Below are positions 59,747 through 64,000 of a stretch of DNA of 64,000 nt, piece by piece. Both the position numbers and the translations under genes were made by a program. The notes below the pieces were generated by a model that was not told where the DNA came from, did no database searches, and was given only the letters and a program-made list of their open reading frames with translations. The DNA comes from a candidate division WOR-3 bacterium. GTDB lineage: Bacteria; Hydrothermota; 32-111. Within the stretch, counting starts at the first letter, position 1. Each line of letters starts with the position of its first letter. The DNA lies in the NCBI GenBank assembly GCA_037481815.1, contig JBBFKX010000001.1:160001-224000 (forward strand). Reading direction: 5' to 3'.

Positions 59747-61960
59747 ATGAATGATAATCTATTCTTGTTGTTACCATTTTTTGGTTCATTGTTATCTTTA
59801 GTTTTTGCATTTATTTTTTATAAAAATATGCAATTGCATCCAAAGGGTGATGAAAAGATGGAAGAGATAGCATCCATCGTAAGGAAAGGTGCTTTTGCTT
59901 ATTTGAAGGAACAGTATAAATCTGTTGGAATCTTCTTCATTTTTGTTTTTATAATTCTTTTTATAGTTTCATACTTTTTAAAACTTCAATCTCTTTGGAC
60001 CCCATTCGCTTTCCTGACAGGTGGATTCTTTTCGGGACTTGCTGGTTTTATCGGTATGAACACAGCAACACAGGCAAGTTCAAGAACAGCACAGGCAGCA
60101 AAAAAGTCACTTGATGAAGCGTTAAAGGTTGCTTTCAGAGCAGGTGCAGTGATGGGGCTTACAGTTGTCGGGCTTGGACTCCTTGATATCACCATATGGT
60201 TTTTCATCTTAAGATTGTTTTATCAAAATGATCTATACATTATAACCTCGACGATACTGACATTTGGTATGGGAGCTTCATCACAGGCACTTTTTGCAAG
60301 AGTAGGAGGAGGAATTTTTACTAAAGCTGCTGATGTTGGAGCTGATATCGTTGGGAAAATAGAATCTGAGATCCCTGAGGATGATTCGAGGAACCCCGCT
60401 GTCATAGCTGACAATGTTGGTGATAACGTTGGAGATGTTGCTGGCATGGGTGCAGATCTTTATGAGAGTTATTGTGGTTCAATTCTTTCTGCTGCTTCGC
60501 TAGGTGCTGCTGTATCGATTTCTTTATCTCCATCAACAACTCTTGCTTTAAAACTTGTGCTATTACCACTAATGGTTGCAGCGATTGGAATAATCTCTTC
60601 AATTATAGGAATATTTTTTATCAAAACAAAAGAGAATGCTGATCAGATTCACTTGATGCAGTCATTGAACAAAGGAATAAATATATCGACTTTTTTGATC
60701 TTTGCTTTATCATTTCTTCTTATGTGGCTTTTATTCAAAGATTCTGCAATAAAATATTTCAACTTCTGGTTATCGTTAATCACCGGACTTATCGTTGGAG
60801 TATTCATAGGAAGGATCACGGAGATTTATACATCTTTTTCTTACAAACCAACAAAGTTTGTTGCTGATCAAACAAAAACAGGAACGGCAACAGTTATTCT
60901 TGCAGGGCTTGGGGAATCGATGATCTCCACAGGTTTTGTTGTTTTGGTCATAGTAACAGGAATCATTGTATCTTATCTTTTCTCTTCAAATTTTGATTTT
61001 AAAAATATTACTTTAGGACTTTATGGTATTGCTCTATCAGCGGTTGGAATGTTATCAACTTTGGGAATAACACTTGCAACTGATGCTTATGGACCTGTCG
61101 CTGACAATGCAGGTGGAAATGCTCAGATGAGTAAACTCGATAAAGTTGTAAGGGAAAGAACAGATGCTTTAGATTCTCTGGGAAACACGACCGCAGCAAC
61201 TGGAAAGGGCTTTGCTATAGGTTCTGCTGCTTTAACTGCACTTGCTTTAATCGCAGCATTTTCAGAAGCGATAAAAGCAGCACTGATCAGAATTGCTCAA
61301 AATTCGAATGGTTTTGTTGATATAGGAAATAAATTTCTTTCATATGAGAAAATTAAAGAGATGGGTATAGTTGATGTTCTTCTTGTTTATGATGTACATC
61401 TTATGAATGTAAAAGTTATAGTGGGAGTTATGATCGGCTCGATGATGCCATTTCTATTTTCAGGATTAACTTTAAACGCAGTTGGAAGAGCTGCAACAAA
61501 AATGGTTGATGAAATAAGAAGACAATTCCACACGATACCAGGGATACTTGAAGGTAAAAACAAACCTGATTATGAAAAATGTGTATCAATTGCAGCGAAA
61601 GCAGCTGAAAAAGAGATGATCGTTCCAGCACTACTTGCTGTTATAGTTCCAATTTTTGTTGGATTAACGATAGGAATTCCAGGAGTTTATGGACTTCTTG
61701 CAGGATCACTCGGAAGTGGTTTTGTTCTTGCGATAATGATGGCAAATGCTGGTGGATCATGGGATAATGCTAAGAAATACATAGAGAGTGGGGAACTCGG
61801 TGGAAAAGGAAGTGAAAATCACAAATCTGCTGTCGTAGGAGATACTGTTGGTGATCCTTTGAAGGATACAGCTGGTCCTTCTTTAAATATTCTCATAAAA
61901 TTGATGAGTATAGTTTCAATAGTTACAGCAGGTCTTATGGTATATTTTCATCTATTTTAG
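59747..61960 (+). CDS. hppA: Membrane-integral pyrophosphatase, K+-dependent type (probably Na+-translocating)
   Basis: [77 protein letters not shown]. Confidence 0.95.
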   Translation: MNDNLFLLLPFFGSLLSLVFAFIFYKNMQLHPKGDEKMEEIASIVRKGAFAYLKEQYKSVGIFFIFVFIILFIVSYFLKLQSLWTPFAFLTGGFFSGLAGFIGMNTATQASSRTAQAAKKSLDEALKVAFRAGAVMGLTVVGLGLLDITIWFFILRLFYQNDLYIITSTILTFGMGASSQALFARVGGGIFTKAADVGADIVGKIESEIPEDDSRNPAVIADNVGDNVGDVAGMGADLYESYCGSILSAASLGAAVSISLSPSTTLALKLVLLPLMVAAIGIISSIIGIFFIKTKENADQIHLMQSLNKGINISTFLIFALSFLLMWLLFKDSAIKYFNFWLSLITGLIVGVFIGRITEIYTSFSYKPTKFVADQTKTGTATVILAGLGESMISTGFVVLVIVTGIIVSYLFSSNFDFKNITLGLYGIALSAVGMLSTLGITLATDAYGPVADNAGGNAQMSKLDKVVRERTDALDSLGNTTAATGKGFAIGSAALTALALIAAFSEAIKAALIRIAQNSNGFVDIGNKFLSYEKIKEMGIVDVLLVYDVHLMNVKVIVGVMIGSMMPFLFSGLTLNAVGRAATKMVDEIRRQFHTIPGILEGKNKPDYEKCVSIAAKAAEKEMIVPALLAVIVPIFVGLTIGIPGVYGLLAGSLGSGFVLAIMMANAGGSWDNAKKYIESGELGGKGSENHKSAVVGDTVGDPLKDTAGPSLNILIKLMSIVSIVTAGLMVYFHLF

Positions 61961-61976
61961 TTCTTTAAAATTTTGT

Positions 61977-62064
61977 GGAGAGGTGTCCGAGTTGGTCGAA
62001 GGAGCATGATTGGAGATCATGTATAGGGGAAACTCTATCCTGGGTTCGAATCCCAGCCTCTCCG
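61977..62064 (+). tRNA. tRNA-Ser(GGA)
   Basis: GGAGAGGTGTCCGAGTTGGTCGAAGGAG-CATGA-TTGGAGA-TCATG-long variable arm-GGTTCGAATCCC...CCTCTCCG. Confidence 0.94.
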
Positions 62065-62085
62065 TTTATTTAAAAAGGAGGAGAA

Positions 62086-62643
62086 ATGTTTATTTTTTTA
62101 GTCGTTGTTGGTGTTATTCTGTTTCTAATCATACTCGCTATAATTGGGATCTACAACAATCTTGTGAAAGAAAAAAATCGAGTGAAAAATGCTTGGTCTC
62201 AGATAGATGTTCAACTTAAAAGAAGATACGATCTTATTCCCAACCTTGTTGAAGTTGTAAAAGATTATATGTCGTATGAACAGGAAACATTAACAAAAGT
62301 TATTGAAGCGAGAAATTTTGCAATGAATGCAAAAGGTGTAAAAGCTCAGGCGGAAGCAGAAAACATGCTTTCTGGAGCATTAAAATCTTTATTTGCAGTG
62401 GTTGAAAATTATCCTGAACTTAAAGCCAACGAAAATGTTATGAGATTACAGGAAGAGTTGACTTCAACTGAAAATAGAATCTCTTATGCAAGACAATTTT
62501 ACAATGATTCTGTTATGCAGTTCAATACGATGGTCGAAACTTTCCCAACAAATATAATAGCAGCAATCTTTAATTTTAAACAGATGGAGTTCTTTGTTAT
62601 TCCTGAAACTGAAAGACAGAATGTTAAAGTTGATTTAAGATAG
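62086..62643 (+). CDS. lemA: LemA family protein
   Basis: YNNLV, NAWSQIDVQLKRRYDLIPNLV, ENYPELKAN, ENRISYARQFYN. Confidence 0.95.
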   Translation: MFIFLVVVGVILFLIILAIIGIYNNLVKEKNRVKNAWSQIDVQLKRRYDLIPNLVEVVKDYMSYEQETLTKVIEARNFAMNAKGVKAQAEAENMLSGALKSLFAVVENYPELKANENVMRLQEELTSTENRISYARQFYNDSVMQFNTMVETFPTNIIAAIFNFKQMEFFVIPETERQNVKVDLR

Positions 62644-62650
62644 GAGAAAT

Positions 62651-63670
62651 ATGGCAGCAAAAATTTGTCCAAGATGTGGATTTTACAATAATGTTATGAG
62701 AAAAAAATGTGCTTTGTGTGATACACCATTGGATGTTGCACAACTTTCTGATCTGAGTTATAACAGAAAAGAAAATTTTTACAACATTCAAAGTGCTAAC
62801 AAAAGAAATTCTATACTGTTAATAGTTTCTCTCTTTATTTTTCTTATTGGATTTGGATTTTTATTTGGTTATATTTTTGATTTGGGTTATTTTGGACCGA
62901 TACTTGCCTTTTTTATATCAGTTATTACAACATTGATCTCCTACAACATGGGAAAAACGATTGTTCTTAAGATTTCTGGAGCAAGAAAGGTTACAAAAGA
63001 TGAAGAACCACAGTTTGTAAATGTTGTTGAGGAGATAGCACTCGCCGCTGGTCTTCCAACTCCTGAAACATATATCATTGAAAGTGATGCGTTAAACGCT
63101 TTTGCAACAGGAAAAAATCCAAAAGATGGTGCAATTGCAATCACGAGAGGTCTTCTAAAAAAACTTAACAGAGAGGAGTTAGCAGGAGTTGTTGCACATG
63201 AAATGTCACACATAGCGAATCTTGATATAAGATTTTCTATGCTTGTTGGAGTTATTGTTGGAACTATAGTTATGTTATCAGATTGGCTTTTAAGATATCT
63301 TTTCTGGGGAGGAAGAGGTAGAAGAGAAAGAAGAGAAAACAGTGGCTATTTAGGTTTGATAATTTTAGTTATTGCGATCGTTCTTGCGATCTTAGCACCA
63401 ATTCTTGCAAAACTGATCCAGATGGCGATTTCAAGGAAAAGAGAACTTATGGCTGATGCAAAAGCGGTTGAGTATACAAGAAATCCGGAAGGGCTCGCTT
63501 CTGCTTTGGAAAAAATCGCTCAATCATCGATAAAACTTGAAACTGCTTCAAGAGCAACAGCACATATGTTCATAGCAAACCCTTTCAAAGATTTTTCAAA
63601 AAAATCTTCTGCTCTGTTTTCAACACATCCTCCTATTGAATCAAGGATTAGAATTTTAAGAAGTATGTAA
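62651..63670 (+). CDS. htpX: HtpX-like M48 zinc metalloprotease with N-terminal zinc ribbon
   Basis: NAFATG, ELAGVVAHEMSH (HExxH), SRKRELMAD, LASALEKI, FSTHPP; follows lemA. Confidence 0.9.
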   Translation: MAAKICPRCGFYNNVMRKKCALCDTPLDVAQLSDLSYNRKENFYNIQSANKRNSILLIVSLFIFLIGFGFLFGYIFDLGYFGPILAFFISVITTLISYNMGKTIVLKISGARKVTKDEEPQFVNVVEEIALAAGLPTPETYIIESDALNAFATGKNPKDGAIAITRGLLKKLNREELAGVVAHEMSHIANLDIRFSMLVGVIVGTIVMLSDWLLRYLFWGGRGRRERRENSGYLGLIILVIAIVLAILAPILAKLIQMAISRKRELMADAKAVEYTRNPEGLASALEKIAQSSIKLETASRATAHMFIANPFKDFSKKSSALFSTHPPIESRIRILRSM

Positions 63671-64000
63671 TGGATAAAGTTCTTGCTGTTGTTTTGAATT
63701 TTAATGGTAATCTGTTAACTGGAAATCTATTTTTAAAAACCATAAAATCACTAAAAGAACAATCTTATAATGACTTAAAGATTCTTGTAGTTGATAATGA
63801 TTCTTATGATGATTCAATAAAACTTATTAAACATAACTTCCCTGATATTGAAATAATAAAATCATCAAAAAACTATAAAACATCATCATACAATTTCGGT
63901 TTATCATATGCTCTAAAAAATCATTGTAAATATACATTACTTTCCAACAACGATATAATATATAGTAAAGATTTCATCGAAAATATGGTTAATTTTGCAA
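63670..64000 (+). CDS. Glycosyltransferase family 2, 3'-truncated
   Basis: Not in the ORF track; translation MDKVLAVVLNFNG...ILVVDNDSYDDS...YILLSNND runs off the window end. Confidence 0.8.
   Translation, partial: MDKVLAVVLNFNGNLLTGNLFLKTIKSLKEQSYNDLKILVVDNDSYDDSIKLIKHNFPDIEIIKSSKNYKTSSYNFGLSYALKNHCKYTLLSNNDIIYSKDFIENMVNFA

Noticed and set aside
62010..62219. 69-aa ORF
   Set aside because: Starts inside tRNA-Ser and overlaps lemA out of frame.

Overview
AT-rich bacterial chromosomal window, gene-dense, with almost all genes on the + strand. It comes from a diderm organism: it encodes outer-membrane beta-barrels, a T9SS/FlgD-Ig-type C-terminal domain and Sec signal peptides, which suggests an FCB-related lineage (inference only). 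Contents in order: (1) 1-9.9 kb, a tightly packed operon of exported proteins (OB-fold surface protein with a T9SS-like CTD, PorV/PorP-like barrel, double ComEA-type helix-hairpin-helix + beta-barrel protein, a second barrel, two tandem Nuc-type PLD proteins, a degenerate 5'-nucleotidase) followed by a cytoplasmic aldehyde dehydrogenase; this looks like an extracellular nucleic-acid capture/uptake system and is the top finding. (2) Housekeeping genes: nrdR, purC, radical SAM fusion, RNase G/E, gap-pgk-tpiA-secG, rplU-rpmA, mreBCD-mrdA-rodA, comF. (3) Envelope/sugar and amino-acid genes plus der-plsY. (4) 41.4-52.5 kb, a sigma54-type signalling island with a PilB/GspE ATPase-REC fusion interrupted by an A10 homopolymer frameshift and three apparent pseudo-enzymes (HD-GYP, CheR, histidine kinase). 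(5) rimO, an Orn/Lys/Arg decarboxylase, a K+-dependent membrane pyrophosphatase, lemA, htpX. Six tRNA genes are present. Most recognisable sigma70-type promoters have a 16-bp rather than 17-bp spacer. No CRISPR array, rRNA or mobile element was seen. All calls come from motif recognition by eye; no database searches were run.
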